In this document: positions 35,521 to 45,420 of the stretch, one piece after another
Layout: each line of letters opens with the position of its first letter
Numbering within the stretch: the stretch's first letter is position 1
DNA from: Candidatus Wolframiiraptor allenii
GTDB lineage: Archaea; Thermoproteota; Nitrososphaeria_A; Caldarchaeales; Wolframiiraptoraceae
Length of the DNA stretch: 59,083 bases
Assembly (NCBI GenBank): GCA_023539495.1
Contig: JAKCEV010000001.1
Span: 1-59,083, forward strand
Direction: 5' to 3'
Notes under the pieces: generated by a model
The model's input: the letters and a program-made list of their open reading frames with translations, nothing else
Told to the model about the DNA's origin: nothing
Databases searched by the model: none
Made by a program: the position numbers and the translations under genes

Positions 35521-36674
35521 GCTTGCCTTCTCAATATGGACTCAAGCTCGGCTTGGAGTATCGTGGCTGGTATCCCTGGGAGCGAGATATATGACCTCCT
35601 CCCCCTAATCCCGTCGCTCCTCACGTTTATCCTGATTATTCCTAGGTCGTCGAGCCTCTGGAGGTGCTCCCAGAAGCTTGTGTAGGTCCTTGGCTCGGCC
35701 GAATATTCCTCGCAAACGAGCTGATAGCTCTGATATAGGTCGGCTGCCGTAACATATGCTCGCTCGCCCAAAAGGCCTCTAGCGAGAGCTAGGAGAATTA
35801 GCCGCTCATGCTGGTCGAGAAACTCGAGATGCTCCCTCCTCACAGCCGGGTATATGCTCGCCGCGGCCTTCCTCACGTGTTCCGGCGTGATAACTCTCGA
35901 GTTCTCGGCCTCAGCATATTTCCCAGCCCTCCATAATATATCGAGGGCGTATCTGGCATCTCCCCTCTCGCCCGCCAGGTCTGCGATCAGCCGCAGGGAC
36001 TCCTCTAGGAGGACACCGGGCATTAGTGCCTCCTCAGCCCTGAATTTCAGGATATCATATAGCTGCCCGCTATCATACTCGCTCAAGTGTATCACGTTTC
36101 CCAGGAGGGAGCTTCTAGTGCTCTCGTCGAGGAGGTCAAAGATCTCAGGGTTTCTAGTGACTAAGATTATCGAGACCCTCGGAGGCCCCTCCCTCTCCTC
36201 ACCAATCCTGCTCAGCAGGTATAATATGTCCTCGCCCCTGCTTATCAGGAGATCAACCTCATCTAAGGCGATGATGGCGTACATGTTCTTCAGCTCCAAG
36301 TAGTTTAGGATCCTGTGAAGTAGTTCCTCGTTCGCGAATCCGCGAGTCCCAATCCTTGCCTTAAGCTGCTCAACGAGCCTCGATAGCACCATGAACGTAC
36401 TCTTGCTTATCCTGCAGTTAACATAGAGGAATCTCAGGTTTACGCCGTTTTTCTTTGCCTCCTCCTCGGCCGTTGCGCCGAATAATTTAACGAGGGCGCT
36501 CTTACCAGTCCCCACGGAGCCTGTCACAATGATCCTAGTCGAGATCATGGATGAGCCTGAGATCACGCTACTGAAGAATGTCCTCAGAAGATTGAGTTCG
36601 TTATCCCTATGCGGCAGCTTACTTGGGATATAGTCCGGGGAGAGCTTCTCCTCCGCCTTGAAGATTCTGGCCAT
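35517..36674 (-). CDS. cdc6: Orc1/Cdc6 replication initiator
   Basis: DYIPSKLPHRDNELNLL, Walker A GSVGTGKS, LDEVD, C-terminal winged helix. Confidence 0.93.
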   Translation of the reverse strand: MARIFKAEEKLSPDYIPSKLPHRDNELNLLRTFFSSVISGSSMISTRIIVTGSVGTGKSALVKLFGATAEEEAKKNGVNLRFLYVNCRISKSTFMVLSRLVEQLKARIGTRGFANEELLHRILNYLELKNMYAIIALDEVDLLISRGEDILYLLSRIGEEREGPPRVSIILVTRNPEIFDLLDESTRSSLLGNVIHLSEYDSGQLYDILKFRAEEALMPGVLLEESLRLIADLAGERGDARYALDILWRAGKYAEAENSRVITPEHVRKAAASIYPAVRREHLEFLDQHERLILLALARGLLGERAYVTAADLYQSYQLVCEEYSAEPRTYTSFWEHLQRLDDLGIIRINVRSDGIRGRRSYISLPGIPATILQAELESILRRQA

Positions 36675-36715
36675 GCTCCACTAGATCCCGCCCCGAAGCC
36701 CAATTAAAATTTAGT

Positions 36716-37330
36716 CTATGGCATCCTTAGCTGGGACTTAGCCTGCTGCAGCCTCACGCCTATAAGCCTCAAGTCACTTATCAGGTCATTTAGGAGGAAT
36801 GTTAGGAGCACCGCCCTCTTATCATGGTGGTGCTCCGAGAGCATCTCTCGTATTCTTGAGAATGCGTTGATCGCCATCATGATCGCATCCTCGAATTCCC
36901 GGATCTCCTCCCCCACATCTATTACCTCGGCGGCCTTGAGCCTACCGCTGAAGGCTGAGAGGAACCCGGCCATCCTCTCAAGGATCTCCATCATATAGGT
37001 CCCATACTCCCTCCTGAGGCTCTCAAAGCTCAAGATCTTCAGGAAATCGGCTCCGAGGTGAGATAACCCGTCCTCAAGATTCTTCGCGAGAAGCGAGATC
37101 CTATTCGACGCAAGCGCGGCGTGGAATCTCAGATCGCCTTCCACACTCATCGAAAACCTCCTTAAGAGGCTGGCCATCTCGGAGAATAGAAACCATACGC
37201 CAACTAGGAAGTCTATGACCGCGTCTACAAAACCCTCATCACCGGAACTATGAGCCATTAAGAACACCTTGTCCACGATAATGTTTAAGCCTTTCCCCTT
37301 AGGAGTATTGGGCTGTTTACGGCTTGCCAA
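36716..37330 (-). CDS. Helical protein of unknown function
   Basis: 204-aa ORF; the start is probably the internal MAHSS. No confident motif. Confidence 0.4.
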   Translation of the reverse strand: MASRKQPNTPKGKGLNIIVDKVFLMAHSSGDEGFVDAVIDFLVGVWFLFSEMASLLRRFSMSVEGDLRFHAALASNRISLLAKNLEDGLSHLGADFLKILSFESLRREYGTYMMEILERMAGFLSAFSGRLKAAEVIDVGEEIREFEDAIMMAINAFSRIREMLSEHHHDKRAVLLTFLLNDLISDLRLIGVRLQQAKSQLRMP

Positions 37331-37381
37331 GTCTTAAGACTTTTAAGAGGGGCTGAGATATAGGGGAAATAGGTTTCTAGG

Positions 37382-38812
37382 ATGAGCTTAGGGGCTCAGG
37401 GCCGGTTTATCAAGACCTTTGTTCAAGGTCTTGACGATGTTATACCCGGCTTTCCGCGTGGAGGACTTATACTGGTCTCGGGGCTGCCGGGCGCTGGTAA
37501 GACGAGCCTTGCTATGAGCTTCATATATAATGGCGCTTTGAAAGCCGGTGAGCCGGGCATCTATGTCTCGGTATACGAGAGTAGGGAGAGGTTTATCGAG
37601 AATGCTAGGTCTTTTGGGATTGATTTTGAGAAGCTTGAGGAGAGGGGTCTCTTCGAGTTCATCTCCCTCCCAATCTTGAAGGAAGTTGGGGTGGCTGAGT
37701 CGTTTAACATGGTTGTTGAGCGTGTTGAGGAGATGGGTGCTAGGAGGCTTGTGATAGACTCGTTCACCGCGTTAAAGGAGAGCTTCAAGACCCCGCACGA
37801 GGCTAGGATATTGCTGCAGAGTGTGCTCTACAGGGTTCTCGAGAAGCTTGAGTGCACGACCATGCTGATAAAGGAGCGTGCATCCGCTGGCGAGGATGTG
37901 GGCTTCGAGGACTATGTCGCCGACGTAGCAATTCACTTGGAATCCACACTCTTGGAGAGTAGGACCATCAGGATACTAAGCTTGATCAAGCTTAGAGGGG
38001 GAGGGATCCGGCATCCGAAGCTATGTTTCACGCTCCTGGGGGGCTTTAGAGCCCTGCCGCCCACAAAACCCCTAAGGCCGAGAGAGACTATGAGCTTCTC
38101 CCCGCCGCCGGACCCACCCGAGGCCTACACCACCGGCATCCCAGACCTAGACCGCGAGATAGGAGGATACCCGAAAGGAGCCACGGTGCTGATGGAGATA
38201 GACCCGAGGCTAACCCCACGTGATTATCATTTATTATTCCTGCCAGCGGCCGCGAGCTTCATCCATAAGGGTAGACTTGTCATTGGAGTTCCATCAGGAG
38301 GAGTAACCGTCGAATACCTGATGAAGGCGGGAAAACTCTACGGGGTAGATGAGGAGAAGTTCCTCAAGTACAGCGTCCACTTCATCGAGGCCACAGCTCC
38401 CACGGGAGAGCTGCCAAACGTGATAAAGGTTGATGCAGAAGATTGTTATTCTGCATTTCGCGACGTAATGAGTAAGGGTATTGAGTTGACGAAGAAGTTT
38501 CAAGGCCCCTTTTTCGCAGGCATCGGTGTTGATAGAGTTGTCCGGTTATGTGGGATGAATATGGCGGCCAATTTCCTAGCAGCGGCGCAGGATTACGTGA
38601 GGCAGTCCGAGGGGCTCATGATCTGGCTCGCAAAGCCCATAGAGCCCGGGATAATCAAGAGACTTGCGCCAATAGCCGACATGCACATCAAGATAACCCG
38701 AAGACATGGATGCGTCATATTCTATGGCGTGAAGCCCGGGACACCGGTATACGCGCTCCAGACCGATCCAGAGTCTAGGACACCGCTCCCCGAGATAATA
38801 CCAATAGTCTAA
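37382..38812 (+). CDS. KaiC/RadA-like double-domain ATPase (second domain lacks a clear P-loop)
   Basis: Domain 1 GFPRGGLILVSGLPGAGKTS with DSFTAL. Domain 2 begins GIPDLDREIGGYPKGATVLMEIDP without GxxGxGKT. Confidence 0.75.
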   Translation: MSLGAQGRFIKTFVQGLDDVIPGFPRGGLILVSGLPGAGKTSLAMSFIYNGALKAGEPGIYVSVYESRERFIENARSFGIDFEKLEERGLFEFISLPILKEVGVAESFNMVVERVEEMGARRLVIDSFTALKESFKTPHEARILLQSVLYRVLEKLECTTMLIKERASAGEDVGFEDYVADVAIHLESTLLESRTIRILSLIKLRGGGIRHPKLCFTLLGGFRALPPTKPLRPRETMSFSPPPDPPEAYTTGIPDLDREIGGYPKGATVLMEIDPRLTPRDYHLLFLPAAASFIHKGRLVIGVPSGGVTVEYLMKAGKLYGVDEEKFLKYSVHFIEATAPTGELPNVIKVDAEDCYSAFRDVMSKGIELTKKFQGPFFAGIGVDRVVRLCGMNMAANFLAAAQDYVRQSEGLMIWLAKPIEPGIIKRLAPIADMHIKITRRHGCVIFYGVKPGTPVYALQTDPESRTPLPEIIPIV

Positions 38813-38829
38813 AGCTCGTGAAAGAGGGA

Positions 38830-38908
38830 TGGTGCGGCCGCCGGGATTTGAACCCGGGACCGCTGGCTCGGGGGGCCAGCGTCCTAGACCAGGCTAGACG
38901 ACGGCCGC
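38830..38908 (-). tRNA. tRNA-Gly (anticodon CCC), CCA encoded
   Basis: Minus strand: GCGGCCG-TC-GTCT-AGCCTGGTCTA-GGAC-G-CTGGC-CCCCCGA-GCCAG-CGGTC-CCGGG-TTCAAAT-CCCGG-CGGCCGC-ACCA. Canonical T-loop and D-loop GG. Confidence 0.8.
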
Positions 38909-39268
38909 GCAACCGGAAAGAAATCATGTATGACGCTTATTTAGGATTTTATTTGGGGGAATAGTACTTCTTAGTCTATCAACTTCCAGTGTCGTCAAGT
39001 CCTATATATCGCTCCACAGGCCATCAAAGTAGTCTGTAGCCCCATTCTTTCCACGACCCACGGTTTCATTGTATCGGCGTCTCATTCCTCCTCCCCTTAC
39101 CCCCTTGCTATGAAGTAGCCAGCTAACTTTAGCCAATTTTGCGGCCATATTTTTGCTTTCGTGATCCCCTGAGAGGGCCCTGGCTAATACCCCGATAATT
39201 GTCCACTTTCACCCATCCCCCGAGAGTAAATTAAGGAGTAGAGTATACTCTGGCCTGGGCTGGACCTG

Positions 39269-39790
39269 ATGGCTGCGGAGGAGCTCAGGCGCGCCCTCAA
39301 GGGCATAGAAATCGAGTTCGAGAACTCGCTCGAGGAAGTAGTACTGCTCAAGGATATCCAGAAGCTTATCCTGCCATCAGGGGCGCTCACGGGCCTCAAG
39401 GCAGGCTCAAGTCTTAGGGTCTACCACTGGGTCGCCGAGAAGCTCTTCGAGAAGGAGCTGGCGAAGCCTGCCGAGGACCTGCTAGACATGAAGACGATCC
39501 TGCAACTGAGGTGGAAGGAGAAGAGTAACCCGGCAGAGCTTCAGCCCCTCCCAAGATACTTCTACCTTAGGGCCAAGAGGCTCGCCTCAAGCGGCGAGCC
39601 CGAGCTAATGATGCACTTGAGGGATATCTACTCACTTAGGCTCGCGAAGATAATGAGCTTCGCCGCGAAGAGGATCCCGGCTTCAATGGTCCGAAATCTC
39701 ACAGCTGAGGAGGAGGTGTTCTATAACCAGCTACTAGGGCTCGTAAACGCCTGGCACGAGTTCGTGGGGGTGGGTGGCAATGGCCGCTGA
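39269..39790 (+). CDS. gins23: GINS subunit (Gins23-type)
   Basis: 173 aa directly upstream of and overlapping mcm. B-like N-domain (LP.G..TGLKAGSSLRVYHWVAEKL) followed by the helical A-domain (LRDIYSLRLAKI). Confidence 0.6.
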   Translation: MAAEELRRALKGIEIEFENSLEEVVLLKDIQKLILPSGALTGLKAGSSLRVYHWVAEKLFEKELAKPAEDLLDMKTILQLRWKEKSNPAELQPLPRYFYLRAKRLASSGEPELMMHLRDIYSLRLAKIMSFAAKRIPASMVRNLTAEEEVFYNQLLGLVNAWHEFVGVGGNGR

Positions 39791-42700
39791 ACCCCAGATA
39801 GAGGAGAGGATGCTAAGCTTCTTCAAGCAGGAGAAGTATAGATCCCTCTTAGCCACGGCAGCGGCCCAGCGGAAGCAGTCGATACCCGTTGATCACAGCG
39901 ACCTGATATCATTCGACGAGGAGCTCAGCCACCTTATAGTGAACGATCCACTGAAATATCTCCCGATACTTGATAGGGCGGCGTATAAGCAGCTTCAGGT
40001 TGAGGATCCGGACTACGCGGCGACGCTAAAGGAGTTCAAGGCGAGGATCTTCAACCTCCCGGACAGGATACCGATCAGGGAGATTAGATCACATCATCTC
40101 GGCAAGCTAATAGCTATAGATGGAATAATGGTTAGAGCAAGCACTGTCCGCCCGATGCTGAAGACTGCCGTCTTCGCTTGCTCAAACTGCGGCGCGAAAT
40201 ATCTGTCCTCCGAGGACTCCTCGGGGACGAGGCTCAGACCCCCTGAGAGATGCGAGAGATGCAGAGGCAGGAAGTTCGAGATGATACCAGAGGAGTCGGA
40301 ATACATAGATTTTCAGCTCGTGGGAATACAGGAGAAGCCCGAGGATCTTCCACCAGGCCAGATACCGAGGGTGATCGATGTGGAGCTTAAGGGCGATATC
40401 GTTGACGTGGCAAGGCCCGGTGACAGGGTAATAGTTACTGGGATACTCAGGACGATACCAGAACGCGACGCCAACACTCCAAGGAGGACCTCCAAGATGT
40501 ACCTCGAGGCGGTCAGCGTAGAGACAGCAAGCAAGGAGCCTGAGACCCTGATCATAACACCAGAGGAGGAAAAGCTCTTCAGGGAGATGGCGAGGGACCC
40601 GGAGATCCACAAGAAGCTCATGGACTCAATCGCACCAAGTCTCTACGGGCTAGAGCATGTGAAGAAGGCCGTAATGCTCCTCCTCTTCGGCGGAAGGCCG
40701 AAACAATATCCAGATGGCACGAGGATACGCGGCGACATCCACCTCCTACTCGTCGGAGATCCTGGAACAGGAAAAAGCCAACTACTCAAATATGTCGCCA
40801 TGATGGCGCCAAGAGGAATCTACACTTCAGGAAGAGGATCGACTGCGGCAGGCTTATGCGTCTCAGGAGATACCCTGATCTATACAAGTGATGGAATTCT
40901 CCCAATAAGAGAAATAGTGGAGAAGAACCTTGAGAGCGGGTCACGAAAATTGGATGATGGAATTTGGATTTCAGAAAACCCGAGGATCGTTAAATTAATT
41001 GCACCCTCAAAAGATCTGAAGAAAATCGAGATTCATAAGGCAATACAATACTATAGGCTGAAGGCGGGTAAGGTGGTTCGGATAGATACTGTTTTAGGTA
41101 AATCTATCACCCTAACCGCGGAGACGCCAATACTCTGCTCAGAGGATGGTGAAACCCTAAAATGGAAAAAAGCTTGTGAGGTGAAAATTGGAGATTATGT
41201 TGCTCTTGCCGCCAAAATCCCGGAGCTAGAGGGTGATTGGAAGAAATGTCTCTACGAGTTTATCGGGGATGACGTGTTCATCGAAATGGATCTATGTAAG
41301 TTAAACGAATTACTTGACAGTCTCTCAAAGAAGCTTGGATCCCTGAAGGATGTGGCAAGGCTCCTAGGGATAAACGAGGATTACATTTATTATCGATGGA
41401 GGAGGGGACTAACAAGCCCCAGGCTTGGGATCTTGAAGAATATCCTCGAGAAACTCGAGATGAATTTTGAGGCTATTCTTCCATACATCAGATCTATAGC
41501 ATATAGGGGTTATAGGGGGATTGAGAAGATCAAGCTACCCCCATATCCAAATGGAGACTTCATGGAGTTCCTAGGAGACATATATTCGAATGGATGCTTG
41601 ATTAAGGATCCGCGCAAAAAGGAGTACTATATAATCCATTATTCAACAGGCTCAATTGAAGATGCAAGAAACTATGTCAAAAGGATAAGGAGACTATTTG
41701 GGCTGGGTCCGAAAATTAAGAAAGATAAACATGAAAATTGTTACATCGTCCGATTCTCAAACAAGATTATAGCAAGAATCCTAAGAGCATTCGGAGTTCC
41801 CGTTGGAGATAAGAGGGAAGACTTGGAGATTCACCCCATGATACACATCATGCCTAAAAAGCTGATTGGGGGATTCCTCAGACAGTTATTTACAAATGAT
41901 GGCGGGGTTGTAAACGGAAGATGCGTCTTCCTCTTAACATCAAGCAAGAAGCTCGCAGAACAGGTGGATATGCTCTTGCGAAGATTCGGCATAATATCAT
42001 TAATCATAAGACGCGGCCCACGTGAAGACATCACTAACGGCAAGATCATGAAGGAAGGACAGATATATGAGGTTTCAATTTACGATCCGGAATCATTAAA
42101 GATCTTCCTTAAAGAGATAGGTTTTAGTAATTCGGAGAAGCTCCAGAAGCTACTAGCACTCATTAGGCAGCGGAAAGGAACTTATAACAACTTTAAGCGG
42201 TTAAATGATGAAATCATCTTGGTTGAAGTCAAGAACGTGGACGAGGAGAAGTTAAATGAGGTTTATGACCTGACTGTAAATGATTCACACGCGTTCATAG
42301 CAAACGGGTTCATAGTTCACAATACGGCGGCGGTTGTCAGGGATAGTACGGGTGGTATGATGCTCGAGGCGGGGGCCCTCGTCTTAGCTGACATGGGTGT
42401 CGCATGTATAGATGAGATTGATAAGATGAGACCTGAGGACAGGGTAGCGCTTCATGAGGCGATGGCCCAGCAGACGATAAGCATAGCTAAAGGTGGCATT
42501 GTTGCAACACTTAACGCTAGAACCTCGATACTCGCAGCCGCGAACCCTACACTCGGTAGATATGATCCATACAGGAGCTTCACCGACAACGTTGACCTCC
42601 CCATCACGATCCTCTCCAGGTTCGACTTGATCTTCGTCCTCAGGGATGAGCCTAATAGGGAGCTTGATGAGAGGCTCACGGACCATGTTCTGGGGCTTCA

Positions 42701-43262
42701 GTCAAGGAGCGTTGCCGTAACAGCGCCTCCAATCAAGCCCGAAATCCTGAGAAAATATATCGCATATGCCAAGAGGGTTCAGCCGGAGCTCACACCAGCC
42801 GCCGCCAGGCTGATCAAGGAGTTCTATCTCCAGATGAGGTCCATGTATCAGCAGACATCCACCGTGACCATCACTGCGAGGCAACTCGAGTCGCTGATAA
42901 GGCTGGCTGAGGCCAGGGCGCGTGCGGCCCTAAGAGATTATGTGACCGAGGAAGATGTGCTTGACGTGATAAGCCTGATGAAGAGGAGCCTCTCTGAAGT
43001 CGGCATAGACGTTGAGACTGGCAGGCCCGACATAGACGTCATCCTCACAGGGAAACCGAAGAGCCTCCGAGACAAAATCGCCATCTTCCTTGACACCCTG
43101 AGAGAGCTTCAGGAGGAGAAGGGACATGCCGAGGATGAGGAGCTAAGGGATGCTCTTAGGGAAAAAGGGTTCACGGACGCGGAGATAAACAAGATCCTCA
43201 GCAGACTGTTATCGGAGGGTAAGATCTTCAGCCCAAGAACCGGAGTATATAGGATAACATAG
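39780..43262 (+). CDS. mcm: MCM replicative helicase, interrupted by one intein
   Basis: Zn motif CSNCG...CERCRG, Walker A GDPGTGKSQLL, Walker B CIDEIDKM, arginine finger SRFDL, C-terminal wHTH. Confidence 0.95.
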   Translation: MAAEPQIEERMLSFFKQEKYRSLLATAAAQRKQSIPVDHSDLISFDEELSHLIVNDPLKYLPILDRAAYKQLQVEDPDYAATLKEFKARIFNLPDRIPIREIRSHHLGKLIAIDGIMVRASTVRPMLKTAVFACSNCGAKYLSSEDSSGTRLRPPERCERCRGRKFEMIPEESEYIDFQLVGIQEKPEDLPPGQIPRVIDVELKGDIVDVARPGDRVIVTGILRTIPERDANTPRRTSKMYLEAVSVETASKEPETLIITPEEEKLFREMARDPEIHKKLMDSIAPSLYGLEHVKKAVMLLLFGGRPKQYPDGTRIRGDIHLLLVGDPGTGKSQLLKYVAMMAPRGIYTSGRGSTAAGLCVSGDTLIYTSDGILPIREIVEKNLESGSRKLDDGIWISENPRIVKLIAPSKDLKKIEIHKAIQYYRLKAGKVVRIDTVLGKSITLTAETPILCSEDGETLKWKKACEVKIGDYVALAAKIPELEGDWKKCLYEFIGDDVFIEMDLCKLNELLDSLSKKLGSLKDVARLLGINEDYIYYRWRRGLTSPRLGILKNILEKLEMNFEAILPYIRSIAYRGYRGIEKIKLPPYPNGDFMEFLGDIYSNGCLIKDPRKKEYYIIHYSTGSIEDARNYVKRIRRLFGLGPKIKKDKHENCYIVRFSNKIIARILRAFGVPVGDKREDLEIHPMIHIMPKKLIGGFLRQLFTNDGGVVNGRCVFLLTSSKKLAEQVDMLLRRFGIISLIIRRGPREDITNGKIMKEGQIYEVSIYDPESLKIFLKEIGFSNSEKLQKLLALIRQRKGTYNNFKRLNDEIILVEVKNVDEEKLNEVYDLTVNDSHAFIANGFIVHNTAAVVRDSTGGMMLEAGALVLADMGVACIDEIDKMRPEDRVALHEAMAQQTISIAKGGIVATLNARTSILAAANPTLGRYDPYRSFTDNVDLPITILSRFDLIFVLRDEPNRELDERLTDHVLGLQSRSVAVTAPPIKPEILRKYIAYAKRVQPELTPAAARLIKEFYLQMRSMYQQTSTVTITARQLESLIRLAEARARAALRDYVTEEDVLDVISLMKRSLSEVGIDVETGRPDIDVILTGKPKSLRDKIAIFLDTLRELQEEKGHAEDEELRDALREKGFTDAEINKILSRLLSEGKIFSPRTGVYRIT
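40857..42323 (+). mobile_element. MCM intein (489 aa) with a LAGLIDADG homing endonuclease domain
   Basis: Extein junctions GSTAAGL|CVSGDTLIY ... FIVHN|TAAVVRD (Cys1, terminal HN, Thr+1). Endonuclease motifs FLGDIYSNGCL and IGGFLRQLFTNDGGV. Sequence is visibly A/T-richer than the flanks. Confidence 0.9.
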
Positions 43263-43278
43263 AGCGCCTCCCCAGCGG

Positions 43279-45420
43279 GTGGATGAGGTGCTGGTCGAGG
43301 ACCTGCCCGTGCCCGAGTTCCTTAAGAGAAATCTCAGGGACTCCGGAGTTGTGGAGCTTTACCCGCCGCAGGTTAAGGCCCTTCAAGCAGGAGTTCTGAG
43401 TGGCGAGAACATAGTGCTCGCGACACCGACAGCATCCGGCAAGACCCTCGTCGCCCTAATGGCCGCCTCGATACACCTCGTGAAGGGCGGCAAGGTACTT
43501 TATCTCGTGCCGCTCAGGGCGCTCGCATCCGAGAAGTTCGAGGACTGTAGGAGGCTATTATGCAAGGGGACGAGCTTCAAGGCGGCGATCTCGACGGGGG
43601 ACTACGACTCATCGGATCCATGGCTCGCGGATTATGACGTGATAGTCGCGACGAATGAGAAGGCGGATAGTCTCCTCAGACATAAGGCACCTTGGATAAA
43701 TGATGTGAGCCTCATCGTCTTTGATGAGCTCCACCTGCTCGGCGACCCGGATAGGGGGCCAACGCTCGAGATGGTGATAACGAAGCTTAGGAGGAGGCTT
43801 CCGGAGGCCCAGCTCATAGGATTGAGCGCCACGATAAGCAACGCGGAGGAGGTGGCGGGCTGGCTCAACGCAAAGCCTGTGATCTCAGAGTGGAGGCCCG
43901 TGCCGCTGAAAGAGGGTGTGCTCCTCGGGAGAAGAATAGAGTTCTCGGATGGGAGCATATGGGAGCTGAATCAGATGTCGGATAACGTGATAGTAAATGC
44001 TGTCCTTAATATTGTGGCTGAGGGTGGGCAAGCCCTAGTCTTTGCGCTGACGAGGAGCAAGGCGGAGAGCTATGCGGCGAGGATAGCGAAGGAGCTTAGC
44101 GAAAGGATAGACCTACTTTCGCCCGATGATCGCAAGGTGCTCGAGGAATACGCTGAGAAGATCTTGGCGGCTGATAAGAGCTCATTCTCGGAGAATCTGG
44201 CACAACTTGTTGTAAGAGGCGCGGCATTCCATCATGCAGGCCTATCACATGCTCAGAGATCCCTTATCGAGGAGGCTTTCAGGGCTAGGAGACTTAAGGC
44301 TGTCGTCGCGACCCCAACGCTCGCCGCAGGCGTCAACCTGCCAGCGAGGCTCGTCCTCATAACCGAGGCTAGGAGATACCAGCCAGGGTATGGATACCAG
44401 CTAATCCCCGTGCTTGAGTACAAGCAATTTTGTGGCAGGGCTGGGAGGCCAGGCTACGACGAGGTTGGCTACTCCGCGCTAATCGCGAGAAGGAATGATG
44501 AGAAGGAGTATTTCATGAAGAGGTATGTGCAGGGCGAGCCTGAGAGGATTAGGAGCGAGCTCGCATCGGAGAAGCATCTCAGGTTCCACGTCCTCGCCCT
44601 CATCGCCTCTGAGGAGGTCACGACGATCGAGGGGCTTCTCAAATTCTTTGATGAGACATTTCTCGCTCACATCTATGGCGCTCACTTGATCGAGGAGGAG
44701 CTTACCGGGGTGCTGGGTTTCCTCGAGTCAGCCGGCTTCCTAGAGATCTATGGCCTAGAGGTTAGGGCGACACCCCTAGGCAGGAGGGTATCAGAGCTCT
44801 ACATAGACCCGATGACCGCCATAAAGCTTCTCGAGGCCTTCAGGGAGGCTGGTAGAATATCGGCATTCGGCCTACTCCATTCCATCGCGTTAACACCAGA
44901 TGTCCCGAGAATACCGATGAAGAGACTCTCACCAAGGCTCTTGGAGGAGGAAATTGAGCGGAGGGCTGAGGGCTTGATGATCCAGCCACCGGACCCGGGG
45001 GACGAGGCATATGACGAATATATTGATGCATTCAGGATAGCGCTGGTCCTCGAGGCTTGGGTTGAGGAGGTTCCGGAGGCCGAGATATATGAGAGGTTTG
45101 GGGTGCAGCCGGGAGACCTCGCAATCCTGAGGGAGGCCGCGAGCTGGATAGCCTATGCAGCATCCCAGATAGCGAAGGTCGCAGGATACAGAGAGCTCGT
45201 CAAGCCATATGACGTTATGAGTGAGCGGATAAAGCATGGAGTCAAGGAAGAGCTCATACCGCTGGCAAGGCTCCGGGGCATAGGAAGGGTGAGGGCTAGG
45301 CTCCTATACCAGCATGGATACACGTCACTCGAGAAGCTTAAGGCGGCATCACCCCAAGACCTCATGCGGATACCCGGGATAGGCCCTGCAATAGCAAAGC
45401 AAATCATGGAGCAGCTCTAG
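43279..45420 (+). CDS. hel308: Ski2-like DNA helicase Hel308
   Basis: Motif I TPTASGKT, DELH, SAT, winged-helix/ratchet domains and C-terminal HhH (IPGIGPAIAKQI). Confidence 0.9.
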   Translation: MDEVLVEDLPVPEFLKRNLRDSGVVELYPPQVKALQAGVLSGENIVLATPTASGKTLVALMAASIHLVKGGKVLYLVPLRALASEKFEDCRRLLCKGTSFKAAISTGDYDSSDPWLADYDVIVATNEKADSLLRHKAPWINDVSLIVFDELHLLGDPDRGPTLEMVITKLRRRLPEAQLIGLSATISNAEEVAGWLNAKPVISEWRPVPLKEGVLLGRRIEFSDGSIWELNQMSDNVIVNAVLNIVAEGGQALVFALTRSKAESYAARIAKELSERIDLLSPDDRKVLEEYAEKILAADKSSFSENLAQLVVRGAAFHHAGLSHAQRSLIEEAFRARRLKAVVATPTLAAGVNLPARLVLITEARRYQPGYGYQLIPVLEYKQFCGRAGRPGYDEVGYSALIARRNDEKEYFMKRYVQGEPERIRSELASEKHLRFHVLALIASEEVTTIEGLLKFFDETFLAHIYGAHLIEEELTGVLGFLESAGFLEIYGLEVRATPLGRRVSELYIDPMTAIKLLEAFREAGRISAFGLLHSIALTPDVPRIPMKRLSPRLLEEEIERRAEGLMIQPPDPGDEAYDEYIDAFRIALVLEAWVEEVPEAEIYERFGVQPGDLAILREAASWIAYAASQIAKVAGYRELVKPYDVMSERIKHGVKEELIPLARLRGIGRVRARLLYQHGYTSLEKLKAASPQDLMRIPGIGPAIAKQIMEQL

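Noticed and set aside
38975-39060. ORB-like half-sites (cTTCCAGTG, TTTCCAC) as a replication origin next to gins23-mcm.
   Set aside because: These are only isolated half-sites with no repeated full dyads or clear A/T-rich unwinding element. The idea is kept only as a low-interest note.
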